A stretch of DNA of 64,000 nucleotides from Candidatus Latescibacterota bacterium (GTDB taxonomy: Bacteria > Latescibacterota > UBA2968 > UBA8231): positions 4,608,001-4,672,000 of the forward strand of contig OZ242318.1 in NCBI GenBank assembly GCA_965208105.1, in the 5' to 3' direction. Each line of letters opens with the position of its first letter. Positions within the stretch are counted from its first letter, which is position 1. The notes under the pieces were generated by a model that was given only the letters and a program-made list of their open reading frames with translations, was not told the DNA's origin and ran no database searches. Positions 19,928 to 30,046 of the stretch are shown here, in pieces. A program made the position numbers and the translations under genes.

Positions 19928-20165
19928 TGACTTCCTCCTGTTCCCGGGATTGTGCGGTTGAACTCCGATGGCAGCCTAAGCTATCCACAGGCCACCATCC
20001 GGTCAATCCCGGGCCGCCGCTCGGGCCGCCGGCAGCCGTCGCTTGAAGAATCGAGGACCTTTTGCCGATTGTGAATCGGGTTCATAAACTTTGGAACGAA
20101 ACCGGAACACCTGCCTGGCTGGTCCGGGCGTTTCTGGCAAAATACCAGGGAGAAAGGGAGGCATC

Positions 20166-21047
20166 ATGATCGTCGATACCCACACCCATTTCTACGACCC
20201 TGCCCGGCCCCAGGGCGTGCCGTGGCCATCTCCGGGCGAGAAACATCTCTACCGCACCGTGCTGCCACGGCACTACAAGGCCCTGGCCGAGCCCGAAGGG
20301 GTGAGCGCCACGGTGGTGGTGGAGGCCAGTCCGTGGGTCGAAGACAACCAGTGGATCCTCGACCTGGCCGCGGCAGACCCCTTCATCGTGGGCCTGGTAG
20401 GCCACCTGGATCCCGGAAGCGAGGACTTCGCCCGGCAGTTGGAGCGCTTTGGCGAAAATCCCCTGTTTCGCGGAATCCGCCTGGGCGCGTTCTCCGCCGG
20501 AAGTCTACTCGACCCGGAAGGGCGCCGCGACCACTTTGGCGGCCTGGAAGGTGGCCGTATCCTCGCCGATTTGGCGAGGTTGGCCCAAAAGGACATGGCC
20601 CTGGACGTCCTGGCGGGTCACGAGCACCTCGAAGGCGTGGGGGAGGTAGCCAGGCGCCTGCCTGAATTGCGGATCGTCGTCAACCACGTCGCCCAGGCGC
20701 GCATCGACGGCAAGTCGCCCGATCCGAGATGGCTCGAGAGCATACAAAGGGCAGCGGAGCACCCCCGGGTCTACTGCAAGGTGTCGGGACTGATGGAGTT
20801 GAGCCTGGTCCGGCCCGCTCCTGCGGCGGTGGAATTCTACCTGCCGGTCCTGGACGCTCTGTGGGCGGCTTTCGGCGAGGACCGGCTGATCTACGGGAGC
20901 AACTGGCCCGTTTCCGAGCCCAGCGGCACCTACTCCCAGGTCCAGGGGATCGTATCATCCTACTTCAACGCCAAAGGCGGGGAGGCGGCGGACAAGTACT
21001 TCTGCAAGAACTCCCGGGCGGCCTACAATTGGGTGGAGCGCGGCTGA
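20166..21047 (+). CDS. Amidohydrolase_2 family (sugar lactonase-like)
   Basis: DTHTH, VVVEA, VVNH, CKVSG, YGSNWPV; GGAGG RBS before ATG 20166. Confidence 0.85.
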   Translation: MIVDTHTHFYDPARPQGVPWPSPGEKHLYRTVLPRHYKALAEPEGVSATVVVEASPWVEDNQWILDLAAADPFIVGLVGHLDPGSEDFARQLERFGENPLFRGIRLGAFSAGSLLDPEGRRDHFGGLEGGRILADLARLAQKDMALDVLAGHEHLEGVGEVARRLPELRIVVNHVAQARIDGKSPDPRWLESIQRAAEHPRVYCKVSGLMELSLVRPAPAAVEFYLPVLDALWAAFGEDRLIYGSNWPVSEPSGTYSQVQGIVSSYFNAKGGEAADKYFCKNSRAAYNWVERG

Positions 21048-21084
21048 ATTCAGCAGCGACAGGGGATTAATCGCCCAGGGGAGC

Positions 21085-21113
21085 TTGATCCATACATGGC
21101 TATGTATTATACC
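21085..21113 (+). promoter_or_regulatory. Candidate sigma70 promoter of amtB-glnK with palindromic operator
   Basis: TTGATC-N17-TATACC; ATACAT-GGCT-ATGTAT (21092-21107) fills the spacer. Confidence 0.45.
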
Positions 21114-21184
21114 TTTATTAACCTGAAGCGAAGGGTGACGCGAAAATTGAAACGCACGAACAGACGTCTTGAAAGGAAGGGAAC

Positions 21185-22546
21185 ATGAAAACCCTGTCTG
21201 GTCCGTCCACGTCCGCCAGCAGACGGGTGCCGGGTCTGCGCCTGGCTCTCCTGGGCATGCTGGTCCTGGCGCTACCGGGAGCCGCCGGCGCCGACCAGCT
21301 CGACTCCGGGGATACCGCCTGGATGCTCACCTCGACCGCCCTGGTGCTCTTCATGACCATACCCGGCCTGGCACTGTTCTACGGCGGCCTGGTGCGTGCC
21401 AAGAATGTTCTGTCCGTATTGATGCAATGCTTCGCCACCGCGGGACTGGTGACTCTCGTATGGGTCCTGTGGGGCTACAGCCTGGCCTTCGATACCGCGG
21501 GCATGCAGGGGGGAGTGACCAATCTCAATTCCTTCGTGGGAGGACTGGGAAAGGCCCTTCTCCTCGGAGTCGGACTGGACAGTCTGGCGGGCACCGTTCC
21601 CGAGACCGTGTTCATCACCTTCCAGATGACCTTCGCCATCATTACCCCTGCCCTGATCGCCGGCGCCTTTGCCGAGCGCATGAAGTTTTCGGCCGTGCTC
21701 CTGTTCACCGTCATCTGGTCCACCGTGGTCTACGCCCCCATCTGCCACATGGCCTGGAGCGGTGACGGTTCCTTCTTCGGCGATCTTGGCGTGCTCGATT
21801 TTGCAGGCGGCACCGTGGTGCACATCAACGCCGGCGTTGCCGCCCTGGTGGCCGCCCTCGTAGTAGGCAGGCGCCAGGGTTACCCCAACCATCCAATACC
21901 TCCTCACAGCATGACGCTGACCGTGGTTGGCGCTTCCATGCTCTGGGTCGGCTGGTTCGGCTTCAACGCCGGCAGTGCCCTGGCCGCCGACGGCGCCGCG
22001 GGCATGGCCATGCTGGTCACCCAGGTGGCCACGGGAACGGCAGCGCTTAGCTGGATGTTCGCCGAGTGGAAGGGGCACGGAAAGCCGAGCGTTCTGGGCA
22101 TCGTGACCGGGGCGGTAGGTGGACTGGTGGCCATCACTCCGGCGTCGGGAAGCGTGGGTCCGCTGGGAGCCATAGCCATTGGCGTTGCCGCTGGCCTGCT
22201 GTGCTTTTGGGGTTCCACTACTCTCAAACGCAGGTTGGGGTACGACGATTCGCTCGATGCATTCGGGGTTCACGGCATCGGCGGGATCGTGGGCGCTCTG
22301 CTCACCGGATTATTCGTTGCCGAGGGCCTGGGCGGTCAGGGGCTGGCCGAGGGCATGACCATCGCCAAGCAGCTGGGGGTCCAGCTCATCGGCATCGTAT
22401 TCACGGTTGTCTACTGCGGCGTGCTGTCGGCAATCATCCTGAAGATCGTCGACGCCATCGTCGGCTTGCGGGTCAGCGAGGACGAGGAGAACCAGGGTCT
22501 GGATCTGGCGCTCCACGACGAGCAGGGATACAACATGGAGTTCTGA
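21185..22546 (+). CDS. amtB: Ammonium transporter AmtB
   Basis: FQMTFAIIT, DFAGGTVVH, GWFGFNAGS, DDSLDAFGVHG (twin His). Confidence 0.97.
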   Translation: MKTLSGPSTSASRRVPGLRLALLGMLVLALPGAAGADQLDSGDTAWMLTSTALVLFMTIPGLALFYGGLVRAKNVLSVLMQCFATAGLVTLVWVLWGYSLAFDTAGMQGGVTNLNSFVGGLGKALLLGVGLDSLAGTVPETVFITFQMTFAIITPALIAGAFAERMKFSAVLLFTVIWSTVVYAPICHMAWSGDGSFFGDLGVLDFAGGTVVHINAGVAALVAALVVGRRQGYPNHPIPPHSMTLTVVGASMLWVGWFGFNAGSALAADGAAGMAMLVTQVATGTAALSWMFAEWKGHGKPSVLGIVTGAVGGLVAITPASGSVGPLGAIAIGVAAGLLCFWGSTTLKRRLGYDDSLDAFGVHGIGGIVGALLTGLFVAEGLGGQGLAEGMTIAKQLGVQLIGIVFTVVYCGVLSAIILKIVDAIVGLRVSEDEENQGLDLALHDEQGYNMEF

Positions 22547-22590
22547 TCCCGAGTTGACCGGATCATTAGACCAATTCAGGGAGGGACACG

Positions 22591-22929
22591 ATGAAATTGA
22601 TGAAATGCGTCATCCGGCCCAACGCGCTCGAGAAGGTGAAGGAGGCCTTGACCGGCCTGGGCGTCAGGGGAATGACGGTAACCGAGGTAAAGGGATTCGG
22701 ACGGCAGAAGGGCCACAAGGAGCTCTACCGGGGCGCGGAATACACCATGGATTTTACCCCCAAGCTCGAGGTTGAAGTGGCCGTTGCGGACGAAGCCGCC
22801 GAACAGGCGGTGGACGCCGTCCGGCAAGCCGCCCAGAGCGGAAAAATCGGCGACGGCAAGATATTTTTGATGACGGTCAACGAGGTTGTGCGCATCCGCA
22901 CGGGGGAGACGGGAGAAGCGGCGCTCTGA
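22591..22929 (+). CDS. glnK: Nitrogen regulatory protein P-II
   Basis: 112 aa; KGFGRQKG, YRGAEY, GKIGDGKIF; adjacent to amtB. Confidence 0.93.
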   Translation: MKLMKCVIRPNALEKVKEALTGLGVRGMTVTEVKGFGRQKGHKELYRGAEYTMDFTPKLEVEVAVADEAAEQAVDAVRQAAQSGKIGDGKIFLMTVNEVVRIRTGETGEAAL

Positions 22930-22995
22930 GAAGGGTGGGACCGGCATCCGGGTCGACATGCCCTGGACCCTGGCTCGCCTGGCTCGGCGCAGGGC

Positions 22996-23043
22996 ACAAA
23001 GACAACGGCGACATCCCTCGTGGGTGCTGTCGTTGTTCTTTGT
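22996..23043 (+). terminator. Long hairpin, probable terminator after glnK
   Basis: ACAAAGACAACGGCGACATCC / GGGTGCTGTCGTTGTTCTTTGT inverted repeat. Confidence 0.5.
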
Positions 23044-23111
23044 AGGGCGGCACCTTGGATGGCGCGCCTCCAACAATGGGATGACCGAATTCATTAAAGC
23101 ATGGAGAGGCC

Positions 23112-23894
23112 ATGGATAGCAAAACCGAGGTAAGGCTCGATGAGGAGCAACTGCAGGCCTATCAACGCGACGGCTACGTCGTAGTCGAGGACCTGGTTTC
23201 TTCTGATGAGGTGGAAGCGCTCAGGCGCCGCCTGCGCCAGTACACCCACGAGGGCCGGCCCCCTGGAAAGATCCAGATTCAGGTGGAACCAAGAGTGGAG
23301 AGCGGAGAGCTCCGGGTCGAGCATCCGGGAGACGGGATTCGCAAGGTCTCCGATCTGGTCGAGAACGACGACCTCTTCCGCAAGCTTGGCCTTAACGGGA
23401 ACATCGTCGGCATCATCGAACAGATTCTGGGGCCGGACCTCAAGATGTTCCGCAATGCCCTGCTGATGAAGCCCCCTGGGGTCGGTTCTCCGAAGGGGAT
23501 GCACCAGGATTCGCCCTACTGGCCCATCGAGCCCATGGAGTTGTGTTCCTGCTGGTTCGCCCTTGACGACGCGACGGCCGAAAACGGCTGCATCGGCGTG
23601 CTTCCGGGCTGGCACAAGAAGGGTCCCCAGCCCCACGTGCGCATCACGAACGATTTCGTAATCAGGGAAGACTGCTACAACTTCGAGGAGATGGTGCTGG
23701 CCCCGGTGCGCGCAGGAGGCGGGGTCTTCTTCCACTCTCTCGCCCCGCACTACACCGCACCCAACCGTTCCGGCAACTGGCGCCGCGCCATTGCCCTGTC
23801 CTATATGTCCGCCAGGTCCCGCGATACCAGTGAAGGCGCAGGTCCCCGCTACTTCCACGTCAGCGGCAGGACCTATCCGAATTGCGTGCGCTGA
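23112..23894 (+). CDS. PhyH family Fe/2OG oxygenase
   Basis: MHQDSPYW, ALDDATAENGC, PHYTAPN...RRA. Confidence 0.9.
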   Translation: MDSKTEVRLDEEQLQAYQRDGYVVVEDLVSSDEVEALRRRLRQYTHEGRPPGKIQIQVEPRVESGELRVEHPGDGIRKVSDLVENDDLFRKLGLNGNIVGIIEQILGPDLKMFRNALLMKPPGVGSPKGMHQDSPYWPIEPMELCSCWFALDDATAENGCIGVLPGWHKKGPQPHVRITNDFVIREDCYNFEEMVLAPVRAGGGVFFHSLAPHYTAPNRSGNWRRAIALSYMSARSRDTSEGAGPRYFHVSGRTYPNCVR

Positions 23895-23939
23895 GTCGGG
23901 AATTGCTCGCCCCGCGCAGATGATGGAACACGGGACGAG

Positions 23940-24248
23940 TTGGCTGATACAACCGAGATTATCGAGCCACTGACGGAAGACCGCGTAGACTGGATTGGAG
24001 AGCAATTCGGCCGTCTGGCATGGCCAAAACCGGACGGATACTTCAGGGAGTGCTTTGCAGCGCAGGAACGCGGCGATCAAGTCGTCTTCCTGGCTCGATG
24101 CGGCGAGCAATTTCATGGTTACCTCAAGGTTGTCTGGACGCCGGATTACCCACCTTTTCGCGATCAAGATATTCCTGAGATCCAGGACCTCAATGTTGTT
24201 CCTGCTTCCCGGCGAAAGGGGGTTGCAGCGCGTCTGATGGATTCTGCT
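23940..24248 (+). pseudogene. 3'-truncated GNAT acetyltransferase
   Basis: IPEIQDLNVVPASRRKGVAARLMD is GNAT motif A. Similarity then stops and the frame runs out of phase into the next gene; motif B is missing. Confidence 0.6.
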
Positions 24249-24286
24249 TTGTCTTGTCAAAGTAGATTTGCAACTGAGGAGTCAAA

Positions 24287-25393
24287 ATGGAGCGAACAGA
24301 GCCATTACCGGAGGGCGATTCGTTGGAGGAGCTTGCGCAGAGAGTCGACCGACTGCGGTCCGATTTTGCCGAAGGGAAAAGTTCAGCAAGGAAGCGCGCT
24401 GCAGCGGTGGATGGTCCCACGGCTCCGGATAGGAATGCGCAGGATCTCGACTTTGACCATGCCCGATTGGTTATTGCCCGGGAACACAACGCCCATAGCT
24501 GGGAAGAGGCAGAAAAGTGGTTCGACCTGGCGGATCAGGTCAAAGAGGCAATGGACGCCATAACCTCTGGGGACTCCGACCGCTTCGCCGAGCTGCTCGC
24601 GGAGTATCCAGGCCTGACGGAGGAAGTATCCCACAAGGGCCGGCCATTAATTGCGGAGGCAGCCTTTTCGGGTTCAGAGGTCGAGGAAGAAAGGTTTCCT
24701 GGCAGGCTCAGCATCATAAAGATGCTTGTCGATGCGGGTTCCGACGTGAACGAGGGTCCGGACGGAGCCCTGATGTGTGCTGCGACCTGGAATGACGTGC
24801 CCGCTACGGCACTCCTCATAGAAAGCGGCGCTTTGCTCGACGGGGTGCGGGATGACAAATGGATCCTGGCGAACGCGCTGATGTTTCGCAAGGGAGACAC
24901 CGCGGCGCTCCTGGTGGAAAATGGAGCGTCGACCGATCTTGCCATGGCTGCCGGGGTTGGCCGCATGGACCTGGTGGAGGCGAAGTTCGATGTCCACGGA
25001 GCCTTGCGAGCAGGTGAAACGTTGTTCAGCGGTTGGTGGGATGGCAATCCGCCTTCCGGTCTCGATCTTTCCGAGACCCGGTTCGTGCTCGATTTCGCCT
25101 TCGCAGTTGCTTGTGCTGGCCATCACTTTGGAATAGCGGATTTCTTGTTGGATCGGGGAGCTGAGGTGGATGGCGGTGCACGGGGGTTTCTGGATGATGA
25201 CTTTTCCACGGTGCTGCACATGGCGGCATTCTTCGGGGATGAAGAACTGGTGGATTTTCTTCTGGCTCGTGGGGCCGATCCGGACCTTACCGACGAAATT
25301 CACCAGGCAACCGCTTGTGGTCACGCAGAGGCGGGTGGCCACGAGGCTTTAGCCGCCAGGTTGAGAGACGCCTCGGCTCATACCAACCGATGA
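24287..25393 (+). CDS. Ankyrin repeat protein
   Basis: GAGGAG RBS; MLVDAGSDVN, FLLDRGAEVD, TVLHMAA...FLLARGADP; N-terminal ARLVIAREH..SW motif. Confidence 0.85.
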   Translation: MERTEPLPEGDSLEELAQRVDRLRSDFAEGKSSARKRAAAVDGPTAPDRNAQDLDFDHARLVIAREHNAHSWEEAEKWFDLADQVKEAMDAITSGDSDRFAELLAEYPGLTEEVSHKGRPLIAEAAFSGSEVEEERFPGRLSIIKMLVDAGSDVNEGPDGALMCAATWNDVPATALLIESGALLDGVRDDKWILANALMFRKGDTAALLVENGASTDLAMAAGVGRMDLVEAKFDVHGALRAGETLFSGWWDGNPPSGLDLSETRFVLDFAFAVACAGHHFGIADFLLDRGAEVDGGARGFLDDDFSTVLHMAAFFGDEELVDFLLARGADPDLTDEIHQATACGHAEAGGHEALAARLRDASAHTNR

Positions 25394-25539
25394 CGGCCCT
25401 TCTGAATGGCCTCATCGGGTGACGGCGCACCGTTTGCGCAACACCACGTGGAGCCGCCCGGTCCGCAGTAGGCCGCCTGCCGGGTTGGCAGACCGTCAGG
25501 ACTTTATTCGACACCGCACGAACCAGGGAGAGGGGCCTG

Positions 25540-26196
25540 TTGGTAGATCCCAGGTCGGTGATTTTCGATTTCGACTTCACATTGGCCGACTCCTCAAGCG
25601 GGGTCTGTGAATGCGTCAACTTTGCATTTTCTCAGATGCACCTGGACTCGGTCCCGATGGCCAGGGTGTCAAAGACCATCGGACTGTCTTTGACCAGGAC
25701 CTTCGAAACGCTTGCTCCAAGGACAAGCTGGCATCGAGCCGATGAGTTTCTAACCTTGTTCAAAGAACGAGCGGATGAAATAATGGTTGGTAGGACCTCG
25801 ATTTTTCCCTCAGTACCAGCGGTACTGGAGGAGTTGGTGAGACGTGGTCTGGTTCTGGGGATTGTTTCGACGAAGTTCCGCTATCGAATACAGGAGATTA
25901 TGCAGCGTGAAGGACTGTCGGGCCACTTTGGGGTGATAGTAGGTGGTGAGGATGTCTCCGCCTACAAACCCGATCCCAGCGGTCTTCTTATCGCACTCGA
26001 TGCCTTGAGGCACTCCAGCCGCGACAGCCTTTATGTAGGCGACCATTCCATAGACGCCGAAACAGCCAGGTCGGCAAACGTGCCATTCATCGCCGTTCTA
26101 TCCGGCACCACGCCGCGAGAGCAATTCGAGCCGTGGGAGGTACTTTGTATTCTCGAGGACTTGGGTGAGTTGACAGGAGTACTGCCAGCCCGTTAA
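25540..26196 (+). CDS. HAD-superfamily phosphatase (Gph-like)
   Basis: FDFDFTL, VSTK, KPDP, VGDHSIDA. Confidence 0.9.
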   Translation: MVDPRSVIFDFDFTLADSSSGVCECVNFAFSQMHLDSVPMARVSKTIGLSLTRTFETLAPRTSWHRADEFLTLFKERADEIMVGRTSIFPSVPAVLEELVRRGLVLGIVSTKFRYRIQEIMQREGLSGHFGVIVGGEDVSAYKPDPSGLLIALDALRHSSRDSLYVGDHSIDAETARSANVPFIAVLSGTTPREQFEPWEVLCILEDLGELTGVLPAR

Positions 26197-26277
26197 GACC
26201 GTCAACGGGTGTGATTCTCCCTCCACCATTCGACCTTGGGGTTATCAAGGGGCAGGCAACCCCAAGTGAGATCATAA

Positions 26278-27810
26278 ATGGGAAACGGGAACAAGATCAT
26301 CCCTGTCGAGCAGGCGGCAGCGCTGGTTTCCGACCGGGACACTCTCGTCGCGGTCGGCGGAGGCGGTGGTCTCGTGGAACCAGATGCCCTGCTTGCGGGG
26401 ATCGAAAGGCGCTTTCTCGAGACCGGAACTCCTCGTGGTTTGCGCGTGGTCCACTCTCTGGGGATTGGAGATGGAAACCGGCGAGGACTGAACCGCCTGG
26501 CCTACGAGGGATTGGTTTCTCGCGTGATCGGCGGACACTGGGTCTGGTCGCCGCGCATGCAGGCTCTCGCCAGGGAGGAAAAGATCGAGGCCTATGTCCT
26601 GCCGGGCGGGGTTACGGCGCAGCTCATGCGCGAGATCGCCGCAGGCCGGCGGGGCCTGATCACACACGTCGGCCTTGGAACCTTCGTGGACCCGCGCCAG
26701 CAGGGCGGCCGGATGAATGCGTGTGCCAGGGATGAGCTGGTGGAGCTCATCGAGATCGATGGCCGGACCCTTCTGCGCTACAAACCCTTCCCGGTGGACA
26801 TCGCGGTGCTGCGAGGGAGTTTCGCGGACCCAGACGGAAACATCAGCATCGACCAGGAGCCCGCTACAATGGAATCCCTGGCCATGGCCATGGCCGCCCG
26901 CAACAGTGGAGGCAAGGTGCTCGTGCAGGTGCGCGAGGCTGTCGAGTGCGGCATCTTGCCGGCCAAGTCGGTCCACATTCCCGGTGCCCTCGTTGACGCG
27001 GTGGTTCTGGTGCCGGACCAGCCGCAGAGCCACCAGTTCCTCTATGACCCGACCGTTTCCGGCGAGCGCCACGAGGTCCTGCTTTCTGAGCCGCCTGGGG
27101 AATTGGGCATCCGGGAGGCCGTGGCTCGACGCGCGGCGGCCGAGCTCTCGGATGGGGACGTGGTGAACTACGGGTTTGGCATGCCGGATGCGATCCCGAA
27201 GCTGCTTGCGCGCCGGGGAGAGCAGCACCGCTACTATCAGACGATCGAACACGGGACCTACGGCGGGACCTTGATGGACGGCGCGCTGTTCGGGTTTGCC
27301 CGCAATGCGACGTGCATGATCGACTCCCCCTCTCAATTCGATTTCTACGGCGGCGGAGGCCTGGACATCGCGTTTCTGGGGTTCGGCGAGATCGATGCGG
27401 AAGGAAATGTGAACGTATCGTTTTTGGGTGGTGTCCCGGTAGGTCCTGGCGGCTTCATCGACATCGCTCAGAATGCGCGAAAAGTGGTCTTCTGCGGGTC
27501 ATTCGAGGCCAAAGGCGCGATTTTCGATATCGGTGAGGGGAAGCTGAGCGTACGGAGATACGGCGATGTTTGCAAGATGGTGAACCAGGTTGGGCAAAGG
27601 ACATTCAGCGGCAAGCAGGCCCTCGCCTCGGGGCAGCAGGTCAAATACGTGACCGAGAGGGCGGTTTTCGACCTGTCCGGGGAAGGACTGTGCCTGCGGG
27701 AGATCGCACCGGGAGTGGATTTACAGGCGGACGTGCTGGATCGGATGGGGTTTGCCCCGGTGGTGCCCCACAACCTGTCCCTGATGCCGGAAGACTGTTT
27801 CCAGGCCTGA
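26278..27810 (+). CDS. Acyl-CoA:acetate/3-ketoacid CoA transferase (YdiF/Pct-like)
   Basis: THVGLGTFVDPR, NYGFGMP, IEHG, GNVNVS, GPGGFIDI, YVTERAVF. Confidence 0.92.
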   Translation: MGNGNKIIPVEQAAALVSDRDTLVAVGGGGGLVEPDALLAGIERRFLETGTPRGLRVVHSLGIGDGNRRGLNRLAYEGLVSRVIGGHWVWSPRMQALAREEKIEAYVLPGGVTAQLMREIAAGRRGLITHVGLGTFVDPRQQGGRMNACARDELVELIEIDGRTLLRYKPFPVDIAVLRGSFADPDGNISIDQEPATMESLAMAMAARNSGGKVLVQVREAVECGILPAKSVHIPGALVDAVVLVPDQPQSHQFLYDPTVSGERHEVLLSEPPGELGIREAVARRAAAELSDGDVVNYGFGMPDAIPKLLARRGEQHRYYQTIEHGTYGGTLMDGALFGFARNATCMIDSPSQFDFYGGGGLDIAFLGFGEIDAEGNVNVSFLGGVPVGPGGFIDIAQNARKVVFCGSFEAKGAIFDIGEGKLSVRRYGDVCKMVNQVGQRTFSGKQALASGQQVKYVTERAVFDLSGEGLCLREIAPGVDLQADVLDRMGFAPVVPHNLSLMPEDCFQA

Positions 27811-27869
27811 AGGCTGCCAGCCTCCCGGCGACGGGGATGTTTTCTTCCAAAACCAACCAAGGAGCCGCA

Positions 27870-29030
27870 TTGAATTTCTCACTGAGTGACAGGGCACGCG
27901 AGAAGGTTGCGGCCGTGCGTAGCTTCGTGCGATCAGAATTACAGCCCCTGGAGGAGGAGGTCGAAGCCGGTGGACGCCTGGACCCCGCGAAGGCAGGGGA
28001 GATCTTCGAAAAATCCCGCGACCTGGGTTTCTATGCCCTGAACATTCCGGAGAAGTTCGGCGGCGGTGGCTTGACCGGGGTGGAGATGAGCTGCGTCGAG
28101 ATGGAGATGGGACAGACCTCCGACATCCTCATCCGGCGCGCCTTCGGCAATGTATATGAGGTGCTCCTGGCCTGCGACGACAGGCAGCGCGATCGATGGC
28201 TGCTGCCGACTGTCCGTGGGGAGCGGACCTGCTCCATTGCGATGACCGAGCCCGGGGCAGGCTCGGACGCTGCCGGGATAGAAACCAATGCCACCCCTGA
28301 CGGAAACGGTTGGATCCTGAACGGCTGCAAGCGCCCGATCGGAGACGGGTCGTTTTCGGACTTTTTCGTCGTCTCGGCGCGCTCAGAGCCCGTCGAAGGA
28401 TCGAGGGGCATCTCCCTGTTCCTGGTCGATAAGTCCACTCCTGGTGTAAGGGTGGGTCGAGACCTGCCGATGATGGGCAATCGCGGCACCTCCCACGTGG
28501 AGCTTTTCTTCAATGACGTCAGACTTGGCCCCGAGAATCTGCTGGGAGAGCGTGGCCGCGGCATGGGTCTGCTGCTTTCGACCATCGGCCGCATCCGCCT
28601 CTTTCACATCGGAGCACGTGCAGTGGGCATGGCGCGGCGTGTGTTGGCCATGATGATCGATCATGCCAACTCGAGGATCCAGTTTGGCAAGCCGATCGGC
28701 GAGTTCCAGATGGTCCAGCAGATGCTGGCCGACAGTGCGATCGAGTTGAACGGCGCCCGCTTGATGGTGCTCGACGCAGCCTGGGAAACCGACCAGGGAA
28801 TGGACCCTCGTGAGAAGGTGTCGATTGTGAAGGTCCATGCCGCGGAGACCCTGGGCAGGATTGCCGACCGGGCCGTCCAGATTTTCGGGGGCAGCGGTTA
28901 CTGCAGGGACCTGCCCATAGAAAGGATCTACCGGGACGCCAGAGTCATGCGCATCTTTGACGGCACTTCGGAAATTCATCGCGGCATGATCGCCAGGGGA
29001 CTGATGAAGAATGGAGTGGACGTCATCTGA
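27870..29030 (+). CDS. Acyl-CoA dehydrogenase
   Basis: AAGGAG RBS plus TTG 27870; AMTEPGAGSDA, RIQFGKPIGEFQ, QIFGGSGY, RIFDGTSEI. Confidence 0.92.
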   Translation: MNFSLSDRAREKVAAVRSFVRSELQPLEEEVEAGGRLDPAKAGEIFEKSRDLGFYALNIPEKFGGGGLTGVEMSCVEMEMGQTSDILIRRAFGNVYEVLLACDDRQRDRWLLPTVRGERTCSIAMTEPGAGSDAAGIETNATPDGNGWILNGCKRPIGDGSFSDFFVVSARSEPVEGSRGISLFLVDKSTPGVRVGRDLPMMGNRGTSHVELFFNDVRLGPENLLGERGRGMGLLLSTIGRIRLFHIGARAVGMARRVLAMMIDHANSRIQFGKPIGEFQMVQQMLADSAIELNGARLMVLDAAWETDQGMDPREKVSIVKVHAAETLGRIADRAVQIFGGSGYCRDLPIERIYRDARVMRIFDGTSEIHRGMIARGLMKNGVDVI

Positions 29031-29202
29031 GGTCCGATTCTGGACAGCCAAGGGGTGGAGGCCGTCAGAGTAGTTGTACTGGGAGGTCGTTCCTATCCTC
29101 CGTGCAGACGATCATGAAAGGACAATTTCGCGGGGCCGGCGCAGCTGAACCGGGCAACTGCACGGGGCAATTCCAAATGATGGACTCCATCGGTGAAGAG
29201 GC

Positions 29203-29907
29203 ATGCTTTCCCCCAGGGAGCTGATTGAAATCCAGGTTGAGACCCTGTTCACGTCGGATGGAAAAAGGGGTCTTCGAGGGATCAACGATCCCGACGGTGA
29301 AGCCAGTCCAGCCCCGCGGTTTTTCTTCGGCAGCACCAGGGAAGGTTCCATATGCCGGTTCCGCCATGACCTTCCGGAAAATGTGGTTGCGCGGCTGAGG
29401 AAAGCCGCCGAGGCCGAGCCGATGCTGTTGGATTCGCGGAAATTGCCGCGCTGTCACCGTCAGTTCATCGACATCCTGCAAAGCCAGGCTCCAATCGAAG
29501 GGGTATGGGCAGGGCCCGCCTACCACTTTCCCGACAGGATTGAACCGCCCAAAGATGTTGTTCGATTATCGCCTGAGAACGCAGGATTTCTGAAGGGTGA
29601 TTTTGCAGAAATGGTGCCGGAGTTGAGAAATGAACGTCCTCGTTATGGGGCCATCGAGGACTCGCAGGCGGTGTCGATTTGCCAGAGCGTCCGCTTATCG
29701 CCGCGGGCACATGAGGCAGGGGTGGATACCCTGGAGGCCTACCGCCGACGCGGGTATGCGGCCTCGGCCGTTGCCGCGTGGGCACTTGCCGTTCGAGCTC
29801 TGAACCTCGTTCCCCTCTACAGCACTTCGTGGGACAACGAGGCTTCTCAGGGCCTCGCCCGCCGCCTGGGCCTGGTGCAGTATGGCGTGGACTATCACGT
29901 GACATGA
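29203..29907 (+). CDS. GNAT family N-acetyltransferase
   Basis: EAGVDTLEAYRRRGYA and YSTSWDNEASQGLARRLG. Confidence 0.88.
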   Translation: MLSPRELIEIQVETLFTSDGKRGLRGINDPDGEASPAPRFFFGSTREGSICRFRHDLPENVVARLRKAAEAEPMLLDSRKLPRCHRQFIDILQSQAPIEGVWAGPAYHFPDRIEPPKDVVRLSPENAGFLKGDFAEMVPELRNERPRYGAIEDSQAVSICQSVRLSPRAHEAGVDTLEAYRRRGYAASAVAAWALAVRALNLVPLYSTSWDNEASQGLARRLGLVQYGVDYHVT

Positions 29908-30046
29908 TGTGGGCATCGCGGATTTTCACCTGACCTGACATGCCCGCTTGCGGGGATGCGGGACATACGGCCCTTCGGGCTACGGTTTCGACCCTAGTGC
30001 ACGGCGAAATCGCCATGCGACATCTGATTTTGGAGGCATCGGGCAA

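Noticed and set aside
20166-21047. Inactive amidohydrolase (GSNWP instead of GSDWP)
   Set aside because: This variant is one I recall from intact subfamily members and all other motifs are present; not evidence of a pseudogene.
21114-21184. Glutamine riboswitch in the amtB leader
   Set aside because: The glnA-motif consensus could not be matched; the leader is short.
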